Part shown: positions 1 through 14,530 of the stretch, piece after piece
Layout of the letters: every line of letters begins with the position of its first letter
Position numbering within the stretch: the stretch's first letter is position 1
Origin: Takakia lepidozioides
Taxonomy: Eukaryota > Plantae > Bryophyta
Reading direction: 5' to 3'
Assembly: GCA_030704615.1 (NCBI GenBank)
Contig: CM060733.1
Span: 5,332,001 to 5,396,000, forward strand
DNA: 64,000 bases
Position numbers and translations under genes: made by a program
The notes under the pieces: generated by a model
The model's input: only the letters and a program-made list of their open reading frames with translations
The model's database searches: none
What the model was told of the DNA's origin: nothing

Positions 1-3000
1 CATATACAAGAAATGGGATGTGTCTTGTCTCCTCTGTTATTGGCAGCAACACTCCAACAAGATGTTGCCCAGCTTTTGATTAAGATATATTACAAGGAAA
101 ATGCACGAAAAGGATAGCCCACCTGGGCTGAAACTTGAAACATGTCCATTCCAGAGGAAGCAGATGTAGAGTGGTGCAACTGAGTTGCAAGGGAAAAACT
201 CATCGACACCCTCATGCTGTAGAACCAGTCTTCAAACACGGTACAAGCCAAGCTCCCTCACAGTGATGTAAGTTTCTTATCGTCAAAGATACAATACTGT
301 CTTCTTTAACTTGCAGGTAGGTAGGTATGTGCCCAATGAACCCACAGATTCCAGCAACGGACCCAAGGGTACAGATCCAACATGAGTGATTCTTGGCCAG
401 CCCTTGATGCCCACAACAAATATACTTGCTTGACTCTGTGCCACAACATACAGGGCCCTGGGGTCCCCTCCTTGATGCTCAGAACAAACCAATGAAACAT
501 TATTGCTCCAATGCAATGTCAACTCCTTCCTCGAGGTCTCAGATCCTTCATATATGTGTGTGGACGTGTCTAACCTTTCTGGCACAACTACCATGTCTTC
601 AAAATTGAGATTTCAAGAGTTTACAGGGCCTCTGTAAGGGTTGTCAGGGTGGCCCCATATAGTATGTTTGAGTTCATGACTGTCGACAAGGGCGTGCCCA
701 AGATGGAGACGACCGGAGTTCAGCCAAGCAGTACTTTCTGGCAAAAGTATCTCATCTCTTTCTCCCTTGTTCTCCGATACCATAGACCATGGGGACCATG
801 CAATTCGCACCTCTCTTAAATTACAGTGTCAGTCACTGTAGTGTCCGTACTGGTGCTGTGTGGCCTGCTGTTGTTGTTGTTGCTGCTGTGCCCAAGAGCG
901 GGGATGTGCGTACTAGTTGCATGGTTGTGAATACATTGGGCCCATGATTCCCTGACATCATCAAATTTCCTGATTAGACATACTCAATAATGATTGGTAT
1001 GATTGATAGAATTGAGAGCAAGTATAAGAACAAGAAGTAAAGTCTTAGGCTAAAGCTAAAGCTCTCCACCCAACCATAGAAACCACTATCATACTCTTAC
1101 ACTTCGACTAGTGGCTTCACCCCGAGCTTATACAAAAGGTCTCTAGAAAGTTTAGATATCTTTATGATCTACTTGATAACTTCCATTTTCTACTATGGTG
1201 ACCATTCACCTTCTAATATTTGACCTTCCAACGGTGAGTTAAATGTTCCTCTTAGTCTTCTAGACCTTTGGCCTTCTAGACCTTATGTAAGAAAGAAGCG
1301 ATTTACATTCACAGATAGTTCAAGTGTGGAATAATATCTACAGGTAGAACTCATTCGGATCCATGATGCAGGACCCTATATAAACCTATTTCCTAAAGCC
1401 CCAGCGGATTTGAGAGTAGGAATTCATTCGGCTGTGTCAACAGCATCGACAAAAAAAATAGCTGACCTCGGAAAAAAGTACACTAAGGCCATTGGGACCC
1501 TATATAGGTTGTTGCATATCATGGTGTATGTACGTAACAAACAGCTCATCAAGCGTGGACAACTCGTCCATTGGGACATCCAAGCCCATCCACACCTCAC
1601 CCTCTGCAGGTAGTTGTAAGGCGGGCTCCTCCACCGCGGATTCAAGCCATACCGGTTGACTGATCGCCTCCGGGTCCATATCTGCAACTACGCCGCCCTC
1701 AATTTCAGATATCTTGTGGGGCTCCTCAGAAGTTGTCTCCTGAGATACAATAGTAATAGGGGCGAGCATCAGGTCAGTCACCAGCTCCCGGTACCTTGAT
1801 TGATGCTTTACTGCAAGTGACTTGAGCGTCCTTGTCTTGCGCACCACTCCCTTAGAACTTATGTTTCCACATGGACGACCACCAGCATCAAATAGTTCTC
1901 CTCTCTTCTTCTTCCAAGTAGAAGAGCATGAGAGCCTATTAGACCCAAATTTAGCCAGCAAGCCCATTCTCTTTCCCTTTCCCATAACTTCTTCTTGCCC
2001 ACAAGCTGGTCGTCGTATTCTTGATGGGCACAAACAAGAAAAGTAGAGCGCTTCACGCTAAGTCGGGGAAACCTTAAGTAGCCTGCCTTTGGGTTTTCTT
2101 TTTCTTTTAGCCTTTTCAAGCTCTTTTCAAGCTCTAAAAATAGTGTTTAGATCGCTCTATTCGAATCGATTTTATTCGAATTCCAATAGAATCGATCTAT
2201 TCTACGTTTTAGATCGAACTATTTCGTGATCTTCACGAAAGTTTGAAGATCTTGAACGTCAAGCCCCAGTAGAATTCCATGTTTTTGTTGTTTTTGTCTA
2301 GCACTTTCATCTTCGAAGCAACTGTTTAATCCTGGACTGACAATGCTTTAGAGACATGATGAGTGCCTGGAGACAATATTTGGACATACCTGAGGTTGAA
2401 CGGACCACCAAGGCCATAGTGAGATAGAGTGGAGGGACCATCGTGGGTGGAATCACCAAATCCCATCTGTGTGAACAAGCCCGGTGTCCCATGAGCCATG
2501 AAGCCCTGTCCCCCACAGCTCTTGCACATCAGCCATAACTCCTGAACAACCAAATTTCGGGACCCAAAATGAAATTGCCAACTCCACCGCGCTTTAGTAC
2601 TCTGGCAAGCATCCCCGTTTCTTAGCTGCGACATGAGGTCGCGCCCAGGTGATGGGTGCTGGCAACCAGCTTGAGAATTCTGGTTGATAAAATCTCCACT
2701 GCAAGCACCTTGGCTTCCTCGACTTAATTACAAAGTGGTTCACATGGCTTTGTATGGTGGCTTGCACGGTAGTTCCTTGGTTGTAAGGATACACAGAGCT
2801 ATCAAAATTCTGGAAGGCCAGAGTTGGCATGAAGGTAATCGCACCCCGAGTGAGCGTACGCACGCCATGGGGCTGTGTCCAACTTTTGCCCATCCCCCTT
2901 CCTCATCCCCAACATTAATAATTTATGTTCCATGATCCAAAGTGGGTGCAGGTTCTGCGGCCACATGCCAGGTTGTTCCTATTACAACCGCAGATTCTTG

Positions 3001-6000
3001 AATTTCTCAATGTTTGAACATGTATGCCAACTTGTATTCAACTGCTCTAGTCACGGACTTACAGAGCGATGTTTGAATGCTGTCCAGAATGCTATCTGCA
3101 GTGGCTGTGCAACCTAGCCTTAAGTCATGATGAATCACATGGTAATACCTCAACATTGTATGTACATAATTTTGGGCTTGGAACTCCATGCCCAGGGGTA
3201 TCTTAGAGTTCACATCTTCAGATTGTGCACGATCTTTTATCGGAACTATGCCAACGAGGGTTCGACCAGGGTCATCAATTCAAAGGAGCTCCATCGGAGC
3301 GCCATTGGGCGCTATGTCTCGAGTCTGCGGTGTTTGATATAATTTGTGTGAAAACAGTGGGCAGCTGAGCAGCTGGCTTCTACAGCCACAGTGGTCCATC
3401 TCTGCACGTCTCTCAGGGAGAGACCTGTGTCCAGAGCACTCGACTCTCATGTACATGTAGTGCCAAGCCGGGCATGGTGAGTTTTGAGTAGTTAGTTACT
3501 TGTTAGCCGCGAATTGTGGCGCATTTGTACCAGCTCAACTTGTGTTCGTTGTCTCTGTAACTTGGCTTGGGAGAAAAATAATGCAGTGCAATCGGCTCGC
3601 TAGATAGTTGGATACTCCCTCTCTCGCAGCCTACCTGCATGAGGTTTTCCACCTTCGAGCGTTGTACGAGGATATGCACTTGAAGAGTGAAGCACTTGAA
3701 GCTAAGGCAGAGCTCATTACTCTTTACCAGGAAACGGTTCCTGAAGAGATCATGGGTGACATGGCACAGCTGGAACTCGCCTGCATGCTGATAAAGAGCA
3801 AAAAGAGAGCCGGGCCAACACAATGATTTTACGATCATGCCGCCTTCAACTACCTACCTCTCTTCACTCCTCCTCCGGGGCTCACTTACTCATCCGATGC
3901 CACCACAAAAAATCAACAAAATTTCTAGATTTGTCACACGTGCTACACACATGAATGTATATAAGTTTTCTAACGGGTTTTCCTTCGTGTTTGCAGGTGA
4001 AGACCCACTAGTTATTGTTTGTACTTAAATTGAGTTGAAAGCATATGAACTTCGAATAGCATAGGACAGTGTTTGGAAGACTTCTTTTTTCCCTTCTGAA
4101 AAGATAATTGGACTTGAATTGGAGGTGCATAATTGCATGGAGGCATATTGCAGAAGAGGGGCCCGGGGCTGGTAGATTGAACTGGTACACCGGACGGTCA
4201 TAATGCTGATGATTCTTCCAAATGGTGAACGAACGATTTCACCTCGACGAACTGGGGATTTTCTCGACGGAGTTGTGACAGAATCATTATTCTGGAGCTG
4301 CAAAAGAAGCAGGGTGAGCTTGCGGTAGGACAGGCCTGCAATTGTCTGAGGCACTGTGGCCCATGAAAATCAGCTGCAGCAAACAGTCGATCGAATGATT
4401 GTGCATTCGTGAGTATCTGGATCCCAGCTTCAAAGCTTTGTGATCACTGGGGATGGATCAATGAGGAGTTACACGATAACTAGTTTCAGTATTATCTTTT
4501 CAAGATCCGAGCCTTATCTACCTGCAACTTAACAGGCATTTGGAAGTAAACCAGAGTCCCGGTAAAAAGTTCTATTAAAAATCTTCTAGATACCTGCCTC
4601 TAGTAGAATTGGTCTTCGTTAACTTCAGAAGAGGCATTCAATCATGCATACAGTATTACATGATGGAGCTCATCCAGCTTGCCTCCTTAATTAATTCAAA
4701 TCGTATTTGCAGATTCCCATGCCTGCCGGGCATATACCAAGAAACATGGAGTAGATCACTGATGATGAATCCCTGCACAAGCATTATAATTTTATCTTGA
4801 AAGAGCTTCGATCGATTTCTCTCCAGAACATGATGTCGACCCTGAAGGTTCTGTCCTAAGCTACAGACCTATACCTACAAGGTCTGAAATATTGAAGGAC
4901 CACCCACCGAACTTCTGGCAACTTAAAAGTTACAAGGTGACTGAAGGTACCGACGATTTGGACATCAAGGATGGACCTAGTCGTGAATATTCCTCATCTT
5001 GAAATCCTTGGAAACCTTGAGAAGATTTTCAAGAGTTCATTCGCCAGCTCTAGGCGCTTGTGTTTCAAATGGTCAACCTACACCACCAGTGTTTCCGAGC
5101 TTTTCCTCTGCTAAATTCCTCCTGCAGGCCATAATTACTCCCACGGTCGTTGTTCTTGATCGGTCTGCTGCGGTGGCACGAGCTAGATTACAGAGATTAT
5201 CCCGGGTGCTAAAAACATAAGCTTGTGTTATACAGCGTAAATTATAATCAGTACTATATGTAGATATGAATTCCCTGGAAGTCAGGCGCCAGTGTCAATA
5301 TACAACACTGACTGGTCAGTTGTAACAATGTAGAAGCTCGCAGATCACCGCTAAGGTCAACATTTGTTGGACACGCACACGTCTCACATATACTGTGCAT
5401 GGCGATCGTCAACATAACCCATGTGGGTAATTTTCTGGTAATTTGTTTGGTAACCCGAGACCTTGGAAATGTGGGTCCTGTGACATTCAGGACCGCTTTA
5501 GTGGAACCATGAGACACGTTCCATTCAATGGTTGTTTGTACGTTTGTACCTGCCTGGAAGCTCTTTACAGTGGCAGATGGGAAGAGCTATCACAAGAAGA
5601 TTGATCTCTGCAGAAGAGCTATGCATGCGTACAAGCCTGCAATGTTCACTTGAACTACGTACGTGTTATATGGCTCGAAAAACTCATCTTCAGGCCAGAT
5701 TTAACATGTTTCTTACCGGCCACCTAGCTTGGGAGCTTGTCGTACAAAACCCAGTAGGAAAGTAAGAGCAGGTGGACCTAACTAGTCGGAATGGTTGCTC
5801 TCTAGAATAATTACAAGTGGGCCGCCAGTTGCTACAAGCGAGACGCCCGAGGCACGTATCATTGCTGTCACCGGAGCTGGTAGGTGATTTCTTTATGACA
5901 CATGCCCCAATATATATGTTGCTGGAAATATTGCAAAGGGTCCAGTCACTGTGATCCTTGTCTTCCCCGAGTCTTCTTCCTCTGATTTCCAAGTTCGCAA

Positions 6001-6049
6001 TCCTTCTCGCCCAGGTTGATCAAAAGCGTTAGCCGACGTTGGTTCAAAG

Positions 6050-6397
6050 ATGGCGAGAACTGCACAGGGAATGTTCCTGCTGAGCCTTTTGGTGGTGTCG
6101 TTCTGGGCTCAGACACAAGCATCAGTAGTTGTCTGGAACTATGTTGGGAGCCCCGTTTTTGTGAATGTGGCTGGGACCAATGTCAACGTGGTGGCCGGCG
6201 TCGTGCCAGTCTACATCGATGTCCAGGGGAAGAAGGAGCAGAACGTCGTAGTTTCCATTCCAGGGGCGAAGGGTAAGAAGGCTCAGAGTCTCAATGTGAA
6301 CGTGAAGGACGGTGACACGCTCGTCTTCATCCCGGAAGTCTTGGGCGGTGGTCTTGTCAATGTGAACGTCAATGGTATCTTCAAGGGTCATCTGTAA
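6050..6397 (+). CDS. Small (115 aa) secreted Val/Asn-rich, predicted all-beta protein of unknown function; single exon
   Basis: Clean ATG..TAA ORF. N-terminal signal peptide (MARTAQGMFLLSLLVVSFWAQTQA|S). Alternating V-x-V beta-strand pattern and G/C-ending codon bias unlike the flanks. TATATA at ~5911. Confidence 0.75.
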   Translation: MARTAQGMFLLSLLVVSFWAQTQASVVVWNYVGSPVFVNVAGTNVNVVAGVVPVYIDVQGKKEQNVVVSIPGAKGKKAQSLNVNVKDGDTLVFIPEVLGGGLVNVNVNGIFKGHL

Positions 6398-9300
6398 ATG
6401 AGGTAACTTACGTACCTGGGTGATTCCGAGTTCGGTCACGGTTTGAAATGCTTCGCCAGCTAGAAACTGTGAAATAGATCTATCTATATATAAATTTTCT
6501 TGCATTGTGTTGTGCTTTTGGGCTGTCCAACCTCGCATACGTAGTGTCTCATATGTGAGCACTATATCCATGTACCTTCTGAGCTGTACCTTCTTTGCAT
6601 AGTTTTTCACCATCCGTGGCTGAGTCTCTACCTCGGCAGTGTCCTGCTTCTCTTCATTCAGGCATGATCCAGGCTCGGCTCTCTTATGGAGAATTGGGGC
6701 TTTAACCTGTTGTGCACTAGGATCCACGTCCCGACCAATAGCTCAAATCGTAATCCAAGCAGTTCGGAGGATTCGGCTGTGAGCCGCACTGTAACAACCA
6801 GCTTTGCTGCCAGCCAACCTGACGACCTTTCAGAAATGAACATTGTTGTTGACCGATTTGCAGCCATATGTTGCCCCCACAAGGAGTCGTGGAAAAATTC
6901 GCCATTGAACATAATTATACCAGTTGGCCATTTCGTAACTAACAGCTAGAATTTGGCTAGGCTTTCTAGTTCCGAGAAGTCACGAGAAAGGTCAGGAGTT
7001 CACATTGTGCGATCTGGGTGAGCGCTGAATTTCCCTCGACTTTTCCTTTTGCTTTCATGAGCACTCTGATGGCATCGTGTGGATTCTTGTGTTACCCGGC
7101 TTTGGCACGAGACCTCCTACCATTTAAGTAGAGCTCCTTTGACTCCGGACATAGTGACATTGGTACCTTATTTAATTAAAGTCTGCAGTACACAGTGGTT
7201 CTCTAGGAAACCGAGGCTGCACTGTCAGTTGGTGGAACTGAAGATATCGAACTCAGATTTACATAACATTTGTGCACATGCATCTTGAGGGCAGTGTTAT
7301 ATGCTGAACATCCGGGGTTGCCCTCAATAACTCTTTCAGCACGTAGACCTGTAAGCCCGCACACGAGCTGGCCCCAGAGCTCTGCGACCTGAGGCTCTTT
7401 CATTGTGAACTTTCTTATCCGATCAAGAGGCCTGAAGTTGAGATTAACCGTCTTCTTTGGTATTACAGATTCTCGAGACCGATGAAGGTGGGGGCTCAAT
7501 GGAACGATGGCAAGGGAGACCCAGTGCGGGCCTTAGGGTCTGCCTGGTAGCTCCAGGCATTCAATCATGTAGATTACAAAGAATTCATACATAGGCTGCC
7601 TACATATGCTGCGAATTGACGACCGATTATACAGTGCTGACTTGAAATTGGCCGAAATTCAGTTTAAACAAACTTCAAGCACTTAAATATCTACACAGAA
7701 TAATCTGTTTGCATTCGGATTTACAGTGGTGTTTTAGCTAGGATGAGCTAGTTATGACAAGAATTTGCACAGGCCTCCTCCAGGTGCAGGTAGTGCCATA
7801 AACCGTCCAGAGAGATTGTAGGCTGCAGGCCAATCTGCAGAGTTGATGCTGACTGCTCACCAGGTTGCCTGTCCAGCTTCTGAAATCTGTATGCATGTTT
7901 CTAAGCTATTTCGTGTTAAACATGTCTGAGAGATTGAACGCATGCTTAGAAATATATAGACTCCTTGATGGATAAGGGATGGATCGACCCAACAAACTTT
8001 GCAAAGGGATGTGAACTCGATGATGTTGAACAGTGTTATAGATACATATATCTTGAGCTGAGCACTCCCACCCACTATATAAATTTATGTACTTGATGAC
8101 AGGTTCCTGCAGAGTCAAGTGGACCGTAGAAGAAACAGACCATTTCAATCCTCTCGCTGCAATCTCACTGATCAGGAGTGCACACACCACCGCAGGAAGT
8201 GGTTGTGGGTTCAATCCACCAATTCGTGTCACGAAGATCTCCACTTTGCTGCCAGAAGGCCTACTGCATTCACGGTAAAGAGTCACCATAATCTGCGCTT
8301 CTTGGGTATAGCGTGGTACGGGGCATGGGGCAGACAATTTAGGAATTTAGGAATTTGCACTTCGGGTGGTCCCACACGGATGGTACCCGATGGTCCCTCC
8401 AGGAGCGGGGGCACAAGTGCATACACTGACAACAGCCTCTACAAAAAGGTGCACCCCAAGGCCTCTCTTCCCTGTGGAAATGTCCATAAGACCACGCAAT
8501 GATGGCATAGAGTAGTGCCAGTTAAGTAGAAGAATAAGTCCTCTGCAAGTAAAAGTTGCTCTAGTGATCATCATGTGAGTTCAACTAAATACAAAATGTC
8601 GGATGACTAGGTGAGCGTACGCCCAATGATCCCCCTTTTCTGCTCCATCCAAAGTGGGTGCAGGTTCTACAGCTACGGCCACATGACAAAGGGGCTATGG
8701 CAAAATCTATTTAGTACTCTCTCTCTCTCTCTCTCTCACTTTTTTGCCCCTTACAAAGATAGTTTCTGGTCCCTTTTGTTGCCTCACGGCCGCAAGGCTA
8801 GGCAAACAACGTCTTACGAGTACATTCTGCCACTTTGTACACGAATACCACAAGCTACCATACATAGGTACAAAAGCATAGAATATATGACAAGGTTAAC
8901 TCTTGGTATTCTCGAGCCAAAGCAGTACACATCTGATGATGTAGTGCAGAGGGCAGCTTGGACCCATCCAAGAGACGGCTCACATCACAGAACTGTTACT
9001 CTCAGCAGCCAAAGCCCCAGCCTATGGTGTTCAACGCCTGAGTGACATGTGTGAATGCCAGCGACTGGAAGTTATGTCCGTTGATGTCAATTACCTTCAT
9101 GCCAACTCTGGCCGTCCAGAACTTTGATAGCTCTGTGTATACATAGAACCAAGGAACTACCACAAGCCACCATATGTCAAATCTGGTCTTTATCTAAGGC
9201 GGAAACTTTCTTCCGGGGAAGATGTAGTGAGCCAAAAGACATAGACTTCAGCTATGGAAAGTTGGATGACATGTGTCAACCAGAATAGCCAACCCCTACA

Positions 9301-9733
9301 GGGCAGCCACAGCCGTTGAACAGATAGCTGATAAATTCAGCCATTACAAGCAAAGCCCCTTTCAGAGTAACAATTAATGTTGAAACCTCGATCTGTTTAG
9401 TAGTGAAAGGAACTTATTGATTCAATGCAATCGAAGTCAATTGACTGATATGGTGGAATAACTCAACTCCTACATGCTCAGAAGAGCCCTTTGCTGTAAG
9501 TATATGATGTGGTGTTCAATCACATGAGATTTGGTTGGCATTGACCTATTGAAACCCTGACACCGAACTGTTGTAACATTACATCACATGGCTGCAAACC
9601 ATGAAACACCCCTCCAGCATTCAGGGGTAGAAGCAACTAGTACCCATAAGTTTTGAGAGGAGCTGCAACAAAGGGGAGGCACAGAAACAGGGAGAAGAGA
9701 CTCATATTTAGAGTCAAATTCATAGCATAAATC

Positions 9734-10393
9734 TCATGATTCCTCCTCCAATTTCTTGACATATGCCTTGAGTGTGCATACAAGGTTGCGAGCTGGACCT
9801 TGCAAAACACTGACAAGCTTTGAGGATGGGGTTTTCAAAGTACCCAGCAACTTTGAATAAAGTTCTGCCCTGGTTGGCATTGTCTCCAGCTGCTTGAAGT
9901 TTTCAGGAGAATAGAAGCGTCCCTCAAACACAGCCCCTGTGAAGTCGTTGTCCTCCAACTTCAGCTCCTTCTGCAAGTCACGGTAGGGCTTGAGCGCTGA
10001 GGGAATCTCGTCCGTGTGCACAAACAGCCAAGCGTTCATGCCCTTCAGCGCTGGTTTCAAGGCCTCCCATTGTGTTCCCTCGATTGCTTTTCCTGTTGCA
10101 AGTGCAATTATCGAATCTGAGACTCTTCCTCTGTCTCCCTCTCTGCTCTCTCTATACCCCTCCGATTCGTACTACGTGACTTGCTGTGCAGTCACATACC
10201 CTTGTGCCCCATCTGTGCACCAGCTAGATCACAGCTACCACAACTTGCAACAGAAAGGGTAGGACCACACAATGGCTCTGGGAGGAAAGGTACACGACAA
10301 GCTATGCTCTTAGGGGGCTTAAAGGCCGAAGTTTGCAGGGAAGGCGTCCCATTTTCCAGTTGCCGTTGTAAATTTCTTTTACTTCCTTACTTC

Positions 10394-10438
<45 letters not shown>

Positions 10439-10923
10439 ATTGCTGACCACCGCATGGGTCTACAATGACATCAAAATCTCGAAACAGAAAATGGAATGAA
10501 TGCACTCACATTTTCCCTCAGAGGTACAGGTAAACAACCACAAGAAAGAATATTCTCGAGAAAAACCCTACCAATGAGCTTGTTCTTGGCCACCATGAGA
10601 GTGCTGGTCTCCGGCAACGCCTTCCGCAGTTTTTGAAACTGCTGCACAGTCAGACCCCCATACTTAATCCCGGCCACCAGATAAGCACCTTCCAGCTGCT
10701 GCCGAGCCCTCTCCACCGTCTCCTCCTTTTTCTTCCTGCTGATGGCCATGCGCACCACGGGCATCGACCCTGACTGCACCTGAACCTCATGCCTAGCACC
10801 ACTTCTACTCAAACCCACCGTTTGATGGGAGCCCCAAAACTCAGAACCCACTTGGTCTCTGGGAGCATCCTTCCATGCCGAAGGTGTGGCGCAGGCACAG
10901 CTCACTAGGCAATGCGCGGCCAT
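9734..10923 (-). CDS. RPL10: Plastid 50S ribosomal protein L10 (uL10c) with transit peptide; exons 10923-10572 and 10092-9734
   Basis: MAISRKKKEETVE...YLVAGIKYGGLTVQQFQKLRKALPETSTLMVAKNKLIG|KAIEGTQWEALKPALKGMNAWLFVHTDEIP...LETMPTRAELY is typical of plastid L10. GT at 10571 and AG at 10093 with a phase-1 junction restore the frame. Confidence 0.96.
10398..10436. repeat. (CT)n microsatellite in the RPL10 intron
   Basis: Directly visible dinucleotide run. Confidence 0.95.
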
Positions 10924-13194
10924 GGCTGCTGCCCACTCTCACCCCCTCTGCCTTCCTTCTGCCTCTCTAGATAATGTTGCTGCCAGGAAGAAGACCACCA
11001 TTCCACACCCAACTGAATCTCTCTCTTAACCCCTAATGGACGAGGCAGTTTTTGGTGGGCCCCATCCAAAACAGGACATACCTTCACGGATGAGGGTATA
11101 TCTCTCAGGAAACTAACATCCACAGGGATGAACGTATGAATGGGAGGCTACCTACTTCATCCAGCTTCTGTGAAAATTTCAGCTCATTCCAATGTGTCGT
11201 TTGGAAGATTATAAGAAATTTGCAAGCCCAAAATTTGGGGTACACTCCAAATTTAGAGTGGAAAAATGGTTTGACCAGAAAATTGGATACTTTCCAATTA
11301 TCCAATTGGAAATTATTGGAAATGATTCACCAGCACCTGCATATGGAGACAATTATTGATGATAATATCAGACCTGATTCAGGGAAAAAAACAGCCATAC
11401 GACTATTAAGTGGCACCTAAAGCATGTTGCCCCAAAATTTCAAAGCAGAATTCCAAAATCTTGATAAGGTTGCTTTGTATGGAAAACCCGGGTGGGGGTA
11501 AAAAACACACCATGAAGCTCAATGACATTAGGCTTAGGGGGTCGAAATTTCCTTGGAATCGCAATTGCTACAGTGAAAGTGTTCCTTGAATGGTGAACTA
11601 CTATCTCCAAAAAGAAATTCAGAATTCTAACAAAAATTCAGGCAGAGATTTGCATTTGTTTCCATTTGTACTTTTGCCTTGTTGTCACCCCTTCAGCTTG
11701 CCACATCACTAAGTCAAAGCGCCGACCAATTTTGGGCACCCATGCACTTTCGTTCAGAAAGGTCATCCAACGATTTGCCATCGTGGATGATTTCTAACGT
11801 GACCCTGACAACAACCCGAAACGGGTCGCCTCGTCCATTAGAGCTCACTCATCCACTAGCTATGTGCCTACTCTTTGTAAAATCCATAAGAGAATGGGTA
11901 CAGTTTTTAAAGTTCAAAACGTTTCTCAAGTGATGTTTATGTTGTCTACGTGTGAGACTTGTCACGGATGAACCCCAGTGTGAAGAATCAACCACCGAGA
12001 AAGTGTGACTTTCTTGCATGAAGAAGCAAAAAAAAAAAATGTTGGCTCCTAGAAACCTAGTGCCAAAGATTATTTTGTACACACCATATGCCAAGTTATG
12101 ACTTATGTTTTGTTATATGATACTTAGGGGAGGCTGGCCAAGAGTGATGTGCCAAAATTGCGCAAACTTTCATATATCCACTCATGTAAAGCCCCTCATG
12201 CGCAGTCGCATTGGACGAGGGTGAACGTCAGGTAGCCATCCCAAAATTTGTGTTATTGTTCGCACGGGCCTGATTTGATTGGGTAGTTGCCAATGGGTAA
12301 TGTCCCATTCATGGAATTTCTCAAAAAATAATCCCTACGGCAAACGCCCATGCCACCTAGACGGCCACTTTGCCACCCAAGTGCCACTTCAGATAAACTC
12401 CACCCCATTTTTTTAGTGTAAGGCAGCTTCTGCCCGATTTGACGTGTTTTGCACTTCCACGTCATATGGGACAAAACAAACAATTCTTAGTACAAGATGG
12501 GATTTTTTTTCTTTGTATTTTAAGGACACTTATGTGGCGGAATAGCCCATACCAGGTTGGCGTGGATTCTGCCTTGTGAGGTGTCGGGTAGGGAATAGCA
12601 GAAATGCCCATGTTGCAAGATGCGGTAAATACTTATATTTGAGCAGTTTTGGGCTTGGCCTAGGCCCAAGAGGCCATGGACCAAGCCAGTCTTCATGTCA
12701 TGGACCCAGGCAATACTGGGAACTCATTGGGAACAATTTTTCTGCCACTACCCAGCCTTTCCTGCTGTGGTTGCACAATTTTCAGCTTGGCTGTCTTGAT
12801 AAAAATGGCAGTTTTGGGTCTGGTTTGGGTCCCAAGACTGATCTGCCCCAGGTCGACCAAGCCGGGTCTTGCAACCAAGTGTCCAGGGATCCATGCAACT
12901 TAGGGAGCTCTTGGGAATATATTGGCCGTTGCCCTGCCTTTAAGCCTCTGTCTGTGCGCACACAACAATGTTCCAAGGCGCAAGTTTTCAAGGTTTGCGC
13001 TCTCTGCAAACACCGCATTCCAAAGCGCGGGTCTTCAAGGGTTTGCGCCACACCTCCTTTCATCAGCTTTTCAAATCCATTTGCAACATGGCATTAGTAA
13101 TGTCTGTTGGACTCATCTTTTTTCATCATATGCCACAAAGTGCAGTGTAATTTCTTTCTCGATTTCTTGTTGATAGTTTAGCTTTTTGGGCTCA

Positions 13195-14530
13195 AGAGCT
13201 AATTCAAGAGGCAATTTTCCTTGCAATTTGCTGATGCATGGGACGGGATGCAGTGATAATATGTTTTGTCATCTATACAGATGTCATAACAGAGCAATAG
13301 AGTAGGAATCGGTTGACATTCTTGTTTGGCAAGTTTTATCGCTCTATTGTCACCACAACCTCTTGGTGTAGAGATGCGTATTGCACAAATTTTCAACACT
13401 TATGGACCCACATGAACATTGATGGTGGTCGCATTGTGATTTCATAGTTAATTTAGCATTTAGAAGTGAAATCCTTCTACACATTGGAATAATGGTTTTG
13501 TGCACATTGTAAATGTGATTTGTTCTATCTCTTCTCTTCAAGAATCACATAAACGACGTACTTTTGTGTAGATTGTGCGCAAGCCAAACAAAAAAAAATG
13601 ATCTACAACCTGTCGCATAGATATGAACAATATTTGGGCTGATTGTGAAATGTATGATGTTGGAAATGAAAAAACCCTAGGATCAAACAAATTGTAGCCC
13701 TTGGTCGGTCATTCAAAATAATACAGCTGTTGTGAGGCGCCCCTCTATTTCCATAAATGGTCTTACACGTGACGTGCTACATCGACAAGACCTTGCAAAG
13801 TTCTCTCTTAACGTCATAGACTTTTTTTCACCTCAAGTTCATCAAGGTAGATTGCATGTTGTGTCCTCGCCTTCATGAAAATACTATGAATGGAGAAGCC
13901 TTGCTACCTAGCTTGCATAGGCAATGATCTATCGACAAGAGGGTAAGATCAAGAGTTGGTGTTGCCCCAGTGGTAAGTAATTCTTTCAGCATGCGTCTAG
14001 TAATTCATCATTGTTGGATCTAGGTTGTGTATACCAATGGCGTCAACGTGCTCATGGCCTGCCTCCATACTTTTCTGGGCCCAAAAGCTAGTTCAAGAGA
14101 AGAAAAACTTACAACTACATCCATGGGAGGCCCTTTACTAGTCCATGAACTACAAAAGAAAACCAAAACATTGTATGCAAGAAATATTGCACTTAATTTC
14201 CCACATTCATCGGTTTTCATTGCAATTTCATGATGCATGGGACATGATGCATTGGTAGTATGCTTCGTCATCTATACATATGTCATAACACAACAACAGA
14301 GTATGAATCATCTAATATTCTTGTTTGGTAAGTTTTGTGGATCTCATGTCACCACAACCTCTTGGTGTTGAGATCTGTATAGTTGCACAATTTTTCAACA
14401 CTTATGAGCCCACACAAACATTGATGTTGTGAGCAATTTCATACTTAAATTAGCATTTAGGAATGAGATTATTTTGGCTCGATGCAGCCTATATTTGGAG
14501 TACTAATGGTTTTGTGCACATTGAATATGT
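13195..14530. repeat. Diverged direct duplication about 1 kb apart (~13200-13520 vs ~14190-14530), probably TE-internal
   Basis: Shared blocks such as CACCACAACCTCTTGGTGT.GAGAT...TTTTCAACACTTATG and TAATGGTTTTGTGCACATTG in both copies. Confidence 0.75.

Noticed and set aside
283-2300. ORFs 613-810 and 1500-2033 and LTR-like sequence at ~960-1300
   Set aside because: Looks TE-derived, but I found no recognisable motif or termini to support a call.
3600-5100. Possible decayed LRR/NLR fragments on the minus strand
   Set aside because: Only vague Leu periodicity with many stops. Needs a translated search.
11025-11065. Site II (TGGGCC) and telo-box-like motifs in the RPL10 promoter
   Set aside because: Single short and imperfect matches that could occur by chance.
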